Source of the DNA: Pseudogymnoascus verrucosus
Lineage: Eukaryota
Assembly (NCBI GenBank): GCA_001662655.1
Contig: KV460213.1
DNA: 64,000 nucleotides
Reading direction: 5' to 3' (one strand)
Shown here: positions 1 through 13,476 of the stretch, in pieces
Layout of the letters: each line of letters starts with the position of its first letter
Position numbering within the stretch: the stretch's first letter is position 1
Position numbers and translations under genes: made by a program
Notes under the pieces: generated by a model
Database searches by the model: none
Told to the model about the DNA's origin: nothing
What the model saw: only the letters and a program-made list of their open reading frames with translations

Positions 1-2146
1 ACTGGTTAGATAACCTCCACACGACCCTTCCGTGTCTGGCGTCAATCCTGTCCCCCAACAGCTGAAGCGCCTCCCCCAATTGACCACCCCCCCCCCCAAT
101 ATTAGAAAAACAGCTGCTAATATTGATTCATAGCCGGACCGTTGGCGCTTAACTTTGTCGCTTCTGGTAAGTACTTTGCGGCGCCTTTGTTTTCGATTCG
201 GTGAACGGCGGCAGCAACTCTCGTATATATATATATACGGATTCCCAGCACGAACAAGCAACACGAATATCGCCCAAGAGAGTGAAAACTCTCCGACAGA
301 TCCCAACTGCAAACCATGAGTTATTAAATCATAAGGTTCGTATTTGCAGAAAATACCATGTACGCCTCGAACCTTCTCCTTGGCACTCTAGAGCAGGCAT
401 TTTGCAATTTGGCTGTGTTGGCTTTGGAGGCCGAGGAGGTGGCAGAGAGCGGGCATTGTGTGGCTTCACTACGGGCGCTGAACCTGGCAAATACTGGGAT
501 ACACCTCTTCTCTATGTTCACGTAGGGAGAGATATCTCAGTGTTTTGCTCAGGTGAAGCTGAGATTGTACCGTGATTACTCGATCAAGTTAATGCTTGCG
601 TGGGAAAGTGCTGCCGCCTCGAAACCCCCTTCCCCCCATTGTTGCAGACTGCTAACATTAGATTTTTTTTTTCAATTAAACAGCCCTGGGTTCCGGTATT
701 CTGTTCTCATACCCGCAACTGGCTGCTCTTACTGGCGTGCAAGGCGTGATCGTCTATGCCGTTAGTTCAGCGGCTCCTCTTATGATATTTGCTATCCTTG
801 GCCCGATTATTAGAAATAAATGCCCCGAAGGCTTTATTCTCACGGAATGGACAAGACAACGATATGGTGTTGCTACAGCTATGTTTCTCAGCTTTCTCAC
901 GCTGGTCACAATGTTTCTGTACATGGTAGCAGAACTCTCTGCAATGCAGCAAATCGTCGGTGCTTTGACTGGAATGGATGGCCTGCCAGCAATCATCGTG
1001 CAAGCCGTCGTAACGACGATATATACCTGTAGGTCATCCTTGCCTGTTTCTGTTCTTTTGCTGATCGTTGTAGCTCTCGGTGGCTTCAAAATCTCATTTA
1101 TAACCGACAATATCCAAGCAGTCATGGTCTTCTTTTTGGTTGCAGTTGCTACTATCACCATCGGGGTTAAGACGAATGTGGATCGCAGCCTAGTTGATTC
1201 TTCCGGCTTACTCAATCCTACTCTTCTGGGCTGGCAACTTCTGTATATTCTTCCAGTCGCCGTCCTCACAAATGACTTCTTTCTTTCCAACTTTTGGATC
1301 CGCACTTTCGCCTCTCGAACTGATAAAGACCTCTTCATAGGGGTCTCAAGCGCCTCAGTTATAGTGCTTGTCATCCTGACGCTTGTTGGTGTAACGGGTC
1401 TGCTCGCCGTCTGGACGGGGGCATTAGCACCTGGCGAAGACGGCTCCATCGCCTTCTTCCTTCTTCTGGAAACACTACCCAGCTGGGTTGTCGGAATTGT
1501 CCTGGTCATGACTGTTACGCTTTCTACAGCAGCGTTTGACTCCTTCCAGTCAGCCATGGTTTCTAGTGCTTCGAATGATCTGTTCAGGAACAAACTCAAC
1601 ATCTGGGTTATTCGAGCTGGGATAGTGGCGCTTATATTTCCTGTCGTTGTGATTGCTCTCAAAGCGCCGTCGATCCTGCAGATATACCTGATCTCCGACC
1701 TTGTTTCTGCCTCGACCATTCCTGTATTGGTTATTGGCCTTAGCGACCGCTTCTACTGGTGGCGCGGATTTGAGGTTGTAATCGGCGGTCTTGGTGGAAT
1801 TCTGACTGTATTCATCTTTGGAACAATCTACTTCGGGAATGCCCTTGATGGCGCAAAATTGATCTTGCTTGAAGGCGGTCTATACGCCAATGATTGGAGT
1901 GCATTCGGTGCTTTTGTCGCTGCTCCTTTTGGAGGACTCCTTTGGGGCTTTGGTGCATTGGTCGTTAGACTGAGCTTTCAGTGGCTTATTGCGAAGATAA
2001 AGGGGCAACGCTTTGATTCCCTCGATAAGCCAGACTACCTCACACGTCCTCGGATTGTGGACGCCAATGAATATACCGACAGCGGCGACATCACGGCCGC
2101 CGACGAGGGAGTTGTCACGTCACATCCGAAAGGGAAGTTCTTCTAG
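1..2146 (+). CDS. DUR31: Sodium:solute symporter (SSS) family transporter, DUR31/NCU01977-like, probable thiamine or thiamine-precursor transporter; 5' end lies outside the window
   Basis: Multi-TM ORF 737-2146. Upstream exons recovered by splice signals: intron 5-133, exon 134-166 (AGPLALNFVAS), intron 167-683, then exon from 684 (LGSGILFSYPQLA...), plus an in-frame intron 1029-1073. The intronic TPP aptamer supports a thiamine-related role. The symbol is inferred from family plus riboswitch. Confidence 0.75.
467..610 (+). promoter_or_regulatory. TPP (thiamine pyrophosphate) riboswitch aptamer inside an intron
   Basis: P1 CACT(467-470)/AGTG(607-610); P2 ACGG(471-474)/CCGT(570-573); long P3/P3a hairpin at about 477-559; J3/2 CTGAGA (559-564); P4/P5 CTCGATCAAG-TTAATG-CTTGCGTGGGA. 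Order and motifs match the TPP consensus. Confidence 0.93.
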
Positions 2147-2614
2147 AGCTGCCAAGACCATAATAAGTTCATTGAGTTGCTCCGTTGCTCATACTGCGAG
2201 GGGTATTACATGCTTGTCGATTACTGAATAATCGAAACTCGACGAGGGACAATCTAATAAGGTATTAGTTATTATATACTATACTAAACTATTACTATAT
2301 ACTACCATATTCATCGTGCATAAGGCCATATAAAAATAGGTGAAGATTTTGTGTGTTGTTGGAAGGTAGCATTTAGTTCCATAGTACCCAGATTTACTAT
2401 AAAATCATATAAAAACCCCTGTGCAGCGAAGATATTTCTCGTGGATTTTTTCATGATTAACGAGGCAACCGCGACATGTTATTAGTCTTGGGAGTTTTCT
2501 TCTATTTAGTTCTGATCGAAGTATTCTACACTTTGTTTCTATACATGGCACTTATGCAATGACGCTGGCATGTTAATATCGTACAAAACTTGCCCTTCCT
2601 TATCTTTCACGTCT

Positions 2615-3507
2615 TCACTCCAGTGCTTTTCTTTTAGCTTCCTCGATGGCTTCCAAGGTGGTTTCCTCTGTCGTTCCCCAAACCATCCAGTCATTCTCTT
2701 TCCCCTCCCACAGCATTCTCTGAATTACCACATATTCCATTACGTCCCTCTCCTCGCCCGTACCCGCCACCAGGCTCCCATCCGCTTTATACCTACTTAG
2801 CCTCTGCCTGCTGCAGATACGCACGACGGCCTGGCGAACCCCAGCATCATCAACTGGCAGCGTCGCAGCGCGATTACTCATTACTCGTGGCTTGCTCGTG
2901 TACTTTATCACTTCCCACTTCCACCGCTCGCCGCGAGGTCGCGTGTGGATGCGCGATGCGAAAGATTCATAGAGGCCTTCACAGGTTATCTTCTTTAGTA
3001 GCTCAATGTTGCCATCGGCGAAGGCAGTATACATCTGCTGGTGTAGCGCTACAGCCGTTGGTGCGGTTTTCCGAAAATGGATTTTGAGGCCATGCTTCCG
3101 GTGGGACCATCGATATATGGTCATTATCATAAGATCGGCGGCTTTGCGCTTCAATCGTGCCCATTGTAACTTGGCGAGGGCGTTTGGGGACGCGAGCAGG
3201 GAGGGACGGTTGGCACTCGACGGGGCGACGATGGTGTCTGTTGAGGGGCATATCAGTAAAAAACCTCGTTATAGCGAGACATTCGCAAAATCCGGGGCAT
3301 ACCTGGTAGCAAGCCAAAATCGGACGTCATTTGGCTCATCTCTTTGGCGGCAATGCGTACACTACGCTCCGATGGGATCCTAGGCTGCTGTGGCTGCTGT
3401 CTGCTGTTGAAGGCACAGCGAGGGAGACCATGACTAAAGGATCGAGTCTGTAAGAAAGGCGACCGGAGAGCTAAACCCAGTGCTGGACGCCGTATTAAAT
3501 GCGCCAT
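2615..3507 (-). CDS. Mitochondrial Tim44-like domain protein (Mba1/MRPL45-like)
   Basis: Arg/Ser-rich presequence MAHLIRRPALGLALRSPFLQTRSFSH; intron about 3238-3302; C-terminal QMYTAFADGNIELLKKITCEGL...RQAVVRICSRQ...EYVVIQR...WMVWGT typical of the Tim44-like fold. Confidence 0.75.
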
Positions 3508-4170
3508 GTTTGCGATTCTGTCGAAGGAATGGCGCAAGCTGCGTCCCATAACCTTGAAGGAGGCCCAGAACTTTTTGATCAGGTCTAGGTCGGTAAAATA
3601 GTAGGGCCGGTTGGGACTACCAATGTCAACATGTGTGGTTAGAACGTCAATATATCTGAGCCGTTTATATAAGGCCGCTTTTTTGCAAACATACTGGCGG
3701 CAAGGGAACTGGTACAGGCCCTTATAGGGTTCTTGAGCCCAAATGTTCTTGGCAAGGACTTTAAATGATAGCTACTTGGGAATTAAATTAAAGAGAAGAG
3801 AGACCCTATGATATAGCTATAATATTTACATGAAGTTGTATTCACGGGCCCAGGCTGCCTAGGTGCACTGGTCATACCTGAATAGTCCATTACTATCCAC
3901 GTTTCAGCCAGTCCGGTCCTTGATCTTGCCGCCCGCCCATGACAGTGACCGTGGGATGTCGACAACCGGACCTCACCCAGGTCACTTCTAGTGACCCTCC
4001 GTCACCATCCCGCCTCTGCGACGCTCCTCACCTCCTCGACCATTATCTAACGTGCTTTAGTATTCATTTACTTGGCCGAGAAGTGTATATATAATCTGAC
4101 CGAGTGAGTTCTGACTTGCCCCATGATAGTCTAAATGCTTTATTCTAATCGTACATCGCTGGATAAAGCC

Positions 4171-6375
4171 ATGATTGCAGGATGGGTCCTTCACCCACCG
4201 TCGCCATTATCGCGCAGCGCTAGCCCCAGCAGTCACGTCAGATCATATTCGGCATCTCCTAAAGCGCCCCCAGACTTGTCTTCGAATCGCACGGCGAGAG
4301 CCATATCTACATCCGCGCTTAACAACAGCTCCACCAACTTGAGCGTCGGCGCTGCGTCAGTGGGAAGCTCCCAGCGCTCAAGCTCCTACAACGACGAGGA
4401 CGAGAGTATGAGCACCATTCCGGATCCAAGAAGCCGCACTATGTCTCCTCCCGACGGCTCACAGCCACCAAGCCCCTCACACCACCCGGATCTCAATGAC
4501 GAAGTTGCGACACTAAGTAACAAGCTTATCAATGCCATCAATCATCAAACAAATCTGGGGGACATGCTGAATCAGACACGTTCGGAGCTGGATGCATCTC
4601 GAGAACGTATTCGGCAGCTTGAAGCTGAGGCTGAGAGTCATGCTAGCCAGATCACAAATGGCTCCCTGGTGGAATTCGGCGTCGTGAAGGCGGAAAGGAC
4701 AAAGCTTTTAGCGAGTTTGACTGAGGAGGCAAAGAAGCGTGGCGTTGCTGAGAAAGAGAAAGCAGCCATTGAGTTGGAGCTGGAGAACCTAACCACGGCT
4801 CTCTTCGAAGAGGCCAATAAGGTTCGTGGTTCATGTCGCTTGATGGTGTTTGCTGACCCCGTATAGATGGTCACTATTGCTCGAGAGAATTCTCAGCGGG
4901 ATCACGAAGTCATGGAAAAGAAAAACGAGATGCTCAAAGCTCGACTAGCAGATACAAAGACGCTATTAAAGTCACATGAAGAACAGCTAGCGGAACTGAA
5001 ACGAGTAATGGCTCAAATGCAGGAGAAGAAAGAAGAGCAGTCCAATCCCTCAGCACCGCCAACACCTGGTTTGAAGCAGTTTGATGACAAGGACGAAAGT
5101 GTTGTACGGCCCGTACATTCACCCACGGGGGATTTAGAGGTTACGCCCTCATATCCTACCAGCTTCACGCATCTGTTGCAGCCTGTCCTTAGAACAGATT
5201 TGGCTGCCTATGGCGACTTTGTAACCCTGGTGCGATCATCCAAGAATGGGCCAGGAAGCAGGGTAACGAGTGGGTCGTATGGAGGGTTTTCGCTGGGGCT
5301 GGGACTTGGAGGGGCTTCAAGTCAGCCATCACCAGTTCTACGGCACACACCCTCCAATGGCTCGACTTCATCAATAGCAACTTCTGCCACCGTTGCTTCA
5401 ACTCCAGTCACACCTATCACGCCTGCATCCGCAGTCAGCGCCAGCACCACACCAGCAGGCCCTGCAACTCCACTCAAAGAAACCCGCTTTTACAAGCGCG
5501 CATTGGCTGAAGATATTGAGCCAACGCTTCGCCTTGATACTGCTCCTGGACTCTCGTGGCTGGCTAGGAGAAGCGTTCTCAATGCCATGTGCGAGGGAAC
5601 GCTCGTAGTGGATCCGATGCCAACACCTACTACAGCCGTCCAAAAATTATACGTATTTGCTTGTTCGCTTTGTGGAGAATCACGCAAAGATCCAAAGCAA
5701 GCACGAACACATCGCTTTCGAACAAGCGAGAGTGATACGGCACAGAGATACCCTCTGTGTAAATACTGTCTCGGGAGAGTTAGGAGTAGCTGCGACTTCC
5801 TTGGGTTTCTGCGAATGCTCAAAGATGGCCACTGGAGGTGCGAAGATGAAGAAGCGGAGAAAAATGCGTGGGAGGAGAGCGTAAGGTTACGAGAACAAAT
5901 GTTCTGGGCTCGAATGGGTGGAGGAGTTATACCGGTTGGCGCTGCCCACAATCAACTTCCGGAAGTGGCTCCAAGGGCTAGCGAGGAAGTTGAAATGCTG
6001 AAAGAGCTAGAAGAGACTGGAAAGATAGTACCCAGGGACATTACACCACTTCCTGACGATATCACAGCCTCGCGGATCGATCTTGACGGAGATGAAGCTT
6101 CGTTAATAGCAGCGAAAAAGAGAGCGAGTAAGAATCTAAGAAACGACACAGCCGAAGGATTATGGAAGGCTGCTCAGGAGGATGCTCTGGAGCCTCCTCC
6201 CAAGGAAAGCGACGTAGCTGCTACGTCTCCTGAAGCGAAACAAGTTTCAGACGAGGCGCCAGCGACAGAAGAGAGCGATAAATCGAACCGTGCCTCATCG
6301 CAATCGCTTGCGGTATCGGAGACGGGAAGTAAAGAGGAGAAGAGGCTCTCCATCACTATTCCACGGCCGGAATAA
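4171..6375 (+). CDS. SEC2: Rab GDP/GTP exchange factor Sec2
   Basis: Sec2 coiled-coil signature ELENLTTALFEEANK|MV across intron 4822-4866; C-terminal EDIEPTLRLD and Cys pairs CSLCGE...LCKYC. Start codon uncertain. Confidence 0.88.
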
Positions 6376-7120
6376 GTTAGAGATTCAGGAACTGGGCTCT
6401 TCAATAATATGAGAGCCTCAAATGGTCATATAAGGCGCATGGGTTTTGGTTGGCGTGGGGCGGCGTTTTGGGGCAACGGGCAGCATTGAATGGGTCGGTG
6501 TCGGTGGCATTTATGAACTGGGAAATCACTGTGTGAAAGGGAATAGAAGCTTCCTACTAGATAGACGGGCTGTCTTGTAGAGTACAGCCATGAATAATTT
6601 ACAAGACACATCACGAACAAGCACAATATATGTAACTACCCCTTCTCTACTAGTTGCGGCAAACTTCACCAGCTTTTTATCACGAACTATATTACACTCT
6701 CATATTGCAATATGATGCCAAGCTATACTCTTTAGTTCCTGTCCAGGGCCCACAAGAGCATCTCTGTTCGAGTTGAGTAAGTGTTGTGCTCATCGTATTC
6801 CAGCACGTGATTGACGGCCGCCGATAACCCCGCATGAGGCTGGACTAGAAAGCCAAGATGGACGGACCTCGTGGACAACAGCCACATAAACGCCCTTTAC
6901 AGAGCCGCAGCGAGAAATCGACATCAGACACGATCATATCAAGATCACACTCTCTCATCAACTCTTCCATACTCTGCCCGCCCTATAACGGTTTCCTCGC
7001 CCACGCGACAGCCTTATTACCCAGCTTACCACTCCGACAGTCCAGAGAGGACGCCAAGAGGGAGCCTTTTTATTCGTCCGCTGGGTTTTGTAGCGCGGTA
7101 GGCGCGAAGACGTTTTGATC

Positions 7121-7673
7121 ATGCAGGCCATGCCAGATGCGCGCCAGCAGTCCTTCGAGGAGATCTACGGCCCCCCCGAGAACTTCCTCGAGATAGAGGT
7201 GAGCCCACCCACAGCCTACCCCTCCTCTCCCCTCCCCAAGACCCCTATATACTGACCCCCAACCCCTATAGGTCAAGAACCCCCGCACCCACGGCGTCGG
7301 CCGCGCCATGTACACCGATTACGAGATCCTGTGCCGCACCAACATCCCGGCTTTCAAGCTGCGCCAGTCGACGGTGCGACGCCGCTACTCGGACTTTGAG
7401 TATTTCCGCGATATCCTGGAGCGCGAGAGTGCGCGCGTGACGATCCCGCCGCTGCCGGGGAAGGTGTTTACGAATCGATTTAGTGATGATGTGATTGAGC
7501 ATCGTAGGGAGGGGTTGCAGCGCTTCTTGCAGATTGTGGTGGGACACCCGCTGTTGCAGACGGGGAGTAAGGTTCTGGCGGGGTTTGTGCAGGGTGAGTT
7601 TGTTCCGGGGGGGTGGGGTGGGGGCTGAAGACTGACGGAGATAGACCCGAATTGGGATCGCAATGCTTGGTGA
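7121..7673 (+). CDS. SNX3: Sorting nexin-3 (PX domain)
   Basis: Exons 7121-7198, 7272-7593, 7645-7673 give [26 protein letters not shown]...[19 protein letters not shown]...PPLPGK...DPNWDRNAW*. Confidence 0.95.
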
Positions 7674-8384
7674 ACATCGGTGCGTGATGGTGCCAAGAAG
7701 GGAAAACGACAGCCTGGGAAATTGAAAAAGAGACGACGGCCGAGACGGAGTGGGAGTGATCCAGCAATCATGGGGGATATGAGGGCAGAATGACAGAGAG
7801 AGGTGATGTGAAAGCGGACACGTTTCGGTTCGGGAGCTGGAGGGCATTTCGTAGCGCAACAACTGTGGGAAAGCGATTGAAGGATGATATCCATTTCATA
7901 GCGACTGGTTGCTGGGAGGGCGTTTATGCACGGCATGTTTAGGGTGGACTTTTTCCCGTTTGCTTTAGCTAGCTCACTCTTTGCGTATGAATGATTGATG
8001 TTTCTGAGAATGTGTGTGTTGCTTCAGGGAGCATTGCTTTGTGTTAGTCTATAGGCTGAAATATTCACTGGGAGCAAGATATCAACGGCATTTAAGCACT
8101 CACGCCATATCTGCATCAGAGTTCTGATCTCAAGCCATTGTTGTACACCTCGTTATTAATTCTTACAAATATATCCAATATCCTACACCAGCCGTAAAGC
8201 ATAACGCCGTTTACCCCACCACGACCTTCTATAATAGTACAATGCACCTCATTCCTCATCCATCTTGAATAGGAGATCAAGAGAGGAGATATCCTCTCCG
8301 CTGCCCAGGACCCCCATGCTCAGCATGAAAGGCCCCACGTTTCTCATGTATATATACAATATGATACTATATCCTCGGATATAC

Positions 8385-9685
8385 TCACGCCGGCGTGTCC
8401 AGGAACCGGAGGATAACTTCGTACATGCCGAACATAATCGCTGCGCTGGGAACTGTGCGTAGCAGATGCGGTGTTAGGCCGCCGTACATGGATGCCATGC
8501 CCTCTTCTTTAAAGACGAGCTTGAAGCACTGGATCAGACCGGTGTACTTTGGCTTTCCGTCGGCAATTGTGGGGGCTTGGCGAAGACGTGTGCGGACAAC
8601 CTATGGTTATGTTAGTTAACATATCTCTGCCAAATCTTGGGTTGGTTTAACATACCTCGTGGGGATAGGTGATGATAGCCGCAACCAGCTTTGCGCCTCC
8701 GGCCGCGCCCACTTTGCCTGTCCACTCAACTGTTCGATCCCAGATATTCTTCTCTCGTCCACTTGTGATAATTTTTTCCTCCCTCCTCCTCAGGTATCCC
8801 TTCATCTGTTCATACAGCACCCACTGTAAGGTGCTCTCCGACACCCCCAGATAGCTCGCACTCATCCCTTTGTACATGCCCCTAATCCCCTCATTCCTTA
8901 TTATCTGTTTTACACAGTCCCAACTATTCTTATACCTCCTCACCACCGCCTCCCCCGCCCTCTCCGACACATTCTTATCAAGCTGCAACCTCGTCTTAAC
9001 CATCCAAATCGGATTCGTCGCCGTGCTCGTCACCACCCCCGCCGTCGCCGCCGCCAGCAAAACAACCCACGTGTTCTCCTCCCCATGGTTGAAGTTATCC
9101 GCAATAATCCTCTTCCCGTTGCCGTACGTGTAGAAGTTGATACTCCTCGCCGGCACTACGCCGACCAGGTTCGGCCCCAGCCCCTTGAAGAGCGCGCGCC
9201 ATCCTTCGACTTTATGCACGCTGAACAGGATCTGGAACGTTTCGCGGAAGTGGAGGATCGCGGAGCGTGCCGGGGAGAGGTGTGCGTGCGGTGAGATGCC
9301 CAGGCGGGCGCGGTTGGATTGCAGTTGGGATTGGTAGAAGTCGGATTGCAGGCGGGTTTTGAGGACGTCCAGGGGCGCTGTGAGGGCGGCTGCTGTCATG
9401 CCTCCGACACTGGGAGATGTTAGTTTTGGGCACTTTGGGCGACCTTAGGGTAGGCCGGGAAGAACCAAGGGGGCGCGGAGAAAATTTGGGTGTAAGGGAT
9501 GGGGAGACGGACCCTCCAGCGACAAGATGCGCCCATGACTTCGCCACCGGCAGGGGCTTTCTATTTATTTGCTTCGCGTCGACTTGGTTAAAGGGTAGGA
9601 CATCGCCATTTTCCCGCGACTCGACCAGTTGCGCAGGTACAGATTGTGAGGCAGACGCGCCCTGACGAGTTGAGGTGAACGACAT
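8385..9685 (-). CDS. RIM2: Mitochondrial carrier, pyrimidine nucleotide transporter Rim2-like
   Basis: Three carrier motifs (PLDVLKTRLQ, PIWMVKTRLQ, YPHEV|VRTRLRQ); SWAHLVAGG and GPNLVGVVPARSINFYTY; introns at about 9410-9512 and 8601-8654. Confidence 0.88.
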
Positions 9686-10396
9686 GAACGGGGATGTTGA
9701 TGGTTGCAAAAACCCGGGCCGGAATTCGACTCAGGGCACGCCGTAAATTAAGATAGGTTTTTAGATTATCATGAAATATAATCGAAAGAAGATTGAAAGA
9801 GGGTATGAAGGGGGTAGTACAAAAATGAGGGTGGTAAATATATGTTAGGTTTTGGAAATTTATTTGTCGCTCTCTCTCCCTGACTTGCTGGACATATAAA
9901 TTTTGTGACCCGGATAGCGAAAAATGAGCGGAACTAGCCGTCGTTTGGTGACAAGCACTTTCGGTCCATGTTCCGGAGCGTCCGGGGAAGCCAAGCCCGA
10001 TTTAGCCCAGGGCAACTCATACCAGTATATAAAACTCCTTAATGGCGATAATCCACAAAATAGTACAGGATCAATTTCTCGTGCCATCTAAAAATTTATA
10101 GAGGGCCTGTTTATAACAGCAATGTCTACAGCAAAAATAGTTCAATTGGAGGCGTTCAATCACTCAGGGCTTCAATTTATAGGCCACTTACTCAGAGACC
10201 AAACTAAAGCGAGAGTATGATTCCTCAACTATAGGAGCCTCTCTAAACTTTTAAGAGCCACGAGCACTATAAATTACGATTTATTTCTACTGGTGTTCAC
10301 ATAAATCACATAAATATTACTGATCTGATATACAAGTAGAACCTATCACCGCCAAGCCCTCGTCGTTACCCATCCCCCTTAAACAAATGAAATATT

Positions 10397-13300
10397 TTAT
10401 ACCGTAGCCTCCTGCACATCGCTCGCAGGCTTAGCCTCCCCCTTCTTAGCATTCTCAATCGCCGCCTCCTTCACGAGGTCCTCCTCCGCCTTGCTCTGCG
10501 ACGCTGGCGCAGCCTCAGCCTCCTTCTCCGGGACAGCAACGGTCTCGGGGTCAACATTATCAACATCAGGGTGCGGCGGGGCAACAGAAGCCTCGCCCTG
10601 CTCAATCACAACACCAGACGCATCGACGATGCGGGTGCGTGTCTCGTAACGGGTCTGGAAGCTGACTTTGCCTGAAAGAGCCTTGACCTGCTCCGCGTCG
10701 AGGAGGTTGCCGTCTTGGTCGCGGTACTCGACTCTCTCCTCGCGAGAAACCACGCTCTGGCTGCCGGAAAGGATCGGTGCCTCGCTGTAGACAGGGGCGA
10801 CAGACATCACGGGTTGCTCTTGCTCAACGATTGGCTTCTGAGCTTGTTCCTCGACCTTGGCTTCCGGGATAGCTGCCGGTGGTGCCGGCGCGGAGGTTGG
10901 CGCAACGTTGGCAACTGGGGATTGCACCTGCTTGACATTGTATTGATCATACTATATACTGTTAGCATTTCGGTACCATTAAAGGTCGACACCGCGGCTT
11001 GTCGATATCCGTAGTGGTGGGTTGGTAATACTTACGGTGGTGTGGAAAGTGTTGCAGTCCCAATCCCACTTGCTGAACAGCTTCACCTGCTTGCATGCGG
11101 ATTGGGTCCACGGGTTACCATATGCCAGAGGCGAGTACAGGCCAAAGGCAACCATGCTGAGACCCAAGAAAACAACAGCACCGAGCTTGCCAATTATTGG
11201 GTTCTCACGGAGACCAATTCCTGGGATGCGGTTGGTAATATGATCGTAAGTCTGGCAAAGCGCCATAACAGCAAAGTACAAGGCTGGGAAGTAGTGGTGC
11301 AAGAACAGCTGACGCTGCATGAGGTAGAAGGGGAAGTAGTGGAAAGCCCAGCCCAGGATGGAGGTGCCGATTTCGTAGCTGAATCGCTTGAAGGTCGAAT
11401 TGTTGAAATCCTTGTAGCCACGCTGCCATCTTAAAACGGCAATGCCCTGGAAAAGGGCGAAGATGGCAACACCCAGGGTAGATGACCACCAAATGATGGG
11501 GTTTCCAATGAGATAAATTTGACGGTGGTCCTTGCCCCAGAAGTTGATACCGCGTTCCAGGATGGGCCACGACATTGGACGGGAGTCCCAGGCGTGAGAC
11601 TCGACAAGGCCGGCATTGGTCTGCCACATAACCTTTTGCAGCTCCCAGAACTTGCCAAGGAAACCGGGGTTCTTGTAGTTGACCTTTTCTGCGTCAGCTC
11701 CGAGCTGAGGGTGCTCGTTCTGCTCGATGAACCAGATGCTGTTTGGCAGGGTGCCCTGCTTTGCGCAGGTCACTTCCTGTTGCTCGGAAGCCCAATCAGG
11801 CAACTTGACCTTGTGAGAGAAAAGGGCGCAGCCAGTCATGACATGAATGAGGCGGAACTTTGTCTGGATAGTGCGAACACGCTCCTTTGCTAGCTCCCCT
11901 TCGGACTTGGTCTTAACGATCTCAATGCGGAAGAAATCATTCGCATCACCCTCAAACCCTTCGTAGCCGTAGGCGGAAACTTCGTTTTGCCAATCAGCCT
12001 CAGTCACAGGTGGGCGAACATCGTGAGAGTGAAGGCGTCTGTTGGTAGGAATGTGGAACAACTTGATAACGTCGTTATCCTTCAAGAAGGCAGGGGGAGA
12101 AATGGTATCCCAAGCGTAGGAGCCGTTGATATTCTCGCCATTGACATCGAGTGGCTGCGTAGTGTTCTCCAGAAGCCAGACGTTGTTCTCGTCCTTGTGG
12201 GGGTAAAGAGTAATCTGCTGCTGCTTGCTGCCACCGGGGTACATCAGGTTGTGGGAATGAAGGTATCCTCCCTGGGTGTTGTGATGTCTGATGCTGACTC
12301 GGCTTCCCAAGGCAACATCGACGGGGACGTCCTTCATGCCTTTGGAGTTCAGAGTGGCCTGGAACTCGGAGCTCATGAATCCATCACCCTCACCAGGGTT
12401 CTGAAGGATCTGGAAGTGAATAGCAAACATTGCCATGTAGAATGTTACCGGGATCAAGATCAGGCAAAACACTCTGGCGAGGATGTGCTTGAAGAGTAGT
12501 CTTGGGGTGACGTTCTTATAGTCACCGAGCACAACCCAGAGTTGAACAACAGTCAAGCTGCCAACCCAGGCAATTGTGAAAAGGCCGACCCACTTCACAC
12601 TGGCAGTTGCACCAAGACCTAGACCGGTCATGGCAAGCCAGAACCACCAGCTTGGCTGGAAAGCCTTCGCGGGACCTTGTTCTTGCTGGTTTGTGAAAGA
12701 TGTGAACGCCAACGCAGTGATGGCAGTCATGATCATAAGAGGAGAGTCGAGAAGAATAAGACGTGCTTGAGTGAGGAGTCCGTTCTCTGGTTATCGTTAG
12801 TATTGTCCACAAAACAACTGCGATATGATCTGCCTACCAAAGATAATGAGTCCAGCGCCCAAGCCAGCGGTCATAGTGCGGCAGCCAGCAGCCTTCAGTG
12901 TGAGGAACATGACTGGCACGAGCAGAATACCGCAGATTGCCGGCAGCATTCTCATGGCCACGTATGGTACACCAGGCTCAATATAATCCTTGCCGATCTC
13001 CTTAAAGTCGAAGTTGCCGTCGAAGCCAGCCATGAATCCGGCCAGCGTCAATAGAAGTTTGGCGAGCGGAGGGTGGACGTCCATGAAGAACTTTCCCTTC
13101 ATATATTTGGATGCGAAGCCGCCGAAGCTAGAAAGGGGGTATGGTTAGCTGGAGCGATACCTGGGGGGGAGCTGGAGAATACGAACTGGACTTCGTCGAA
13201 CACAACGCTGCTTGGCTGATATATCCGGAACAGCCTGACAATGGCAGCAATCACTGTCACGAAGATCATGACTCTGTAGTCAGATCCCGGCAGGTTGAAG

Positions 13301-13476
13301 ACATCATTGTCCTTGACCCCATCCGACGTGTAGTCATTGCGCTTGATGGCGCCTTTCTTCACGGTCGCGACGACTGGGACTGGAACTTGGACTTGCGTCG
13401 GCACTGGAATGAGAGGTGCACCCTCGCTGGCAGGCACAGCACTCGGCGACGAGCGAGCATTCTTCGATTTCGCCAT
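10397..13476 (-). CDS. PMT1: Dolichyl-phosphate-mannose:protein O-mannosyltransferase, PMT1 subfamily
   Basis: VVFDEVH|FGGF and FFMDVHPPLAKL motifs, MIR domains (GGYLHSH, RRLHSHD), LFLHHYFPALYF, long acidic C-terminal tail exon; three introns. Confidence 0.92.

Noticed and set aside
754..1719. 321-aa antisense ORF over the transporter, and similar antisense ORFs over ASH1, PMT1 and the 58709-61456 gene
   Set aside because: Shadow frames of well-supported genes with no recognisable motifs.
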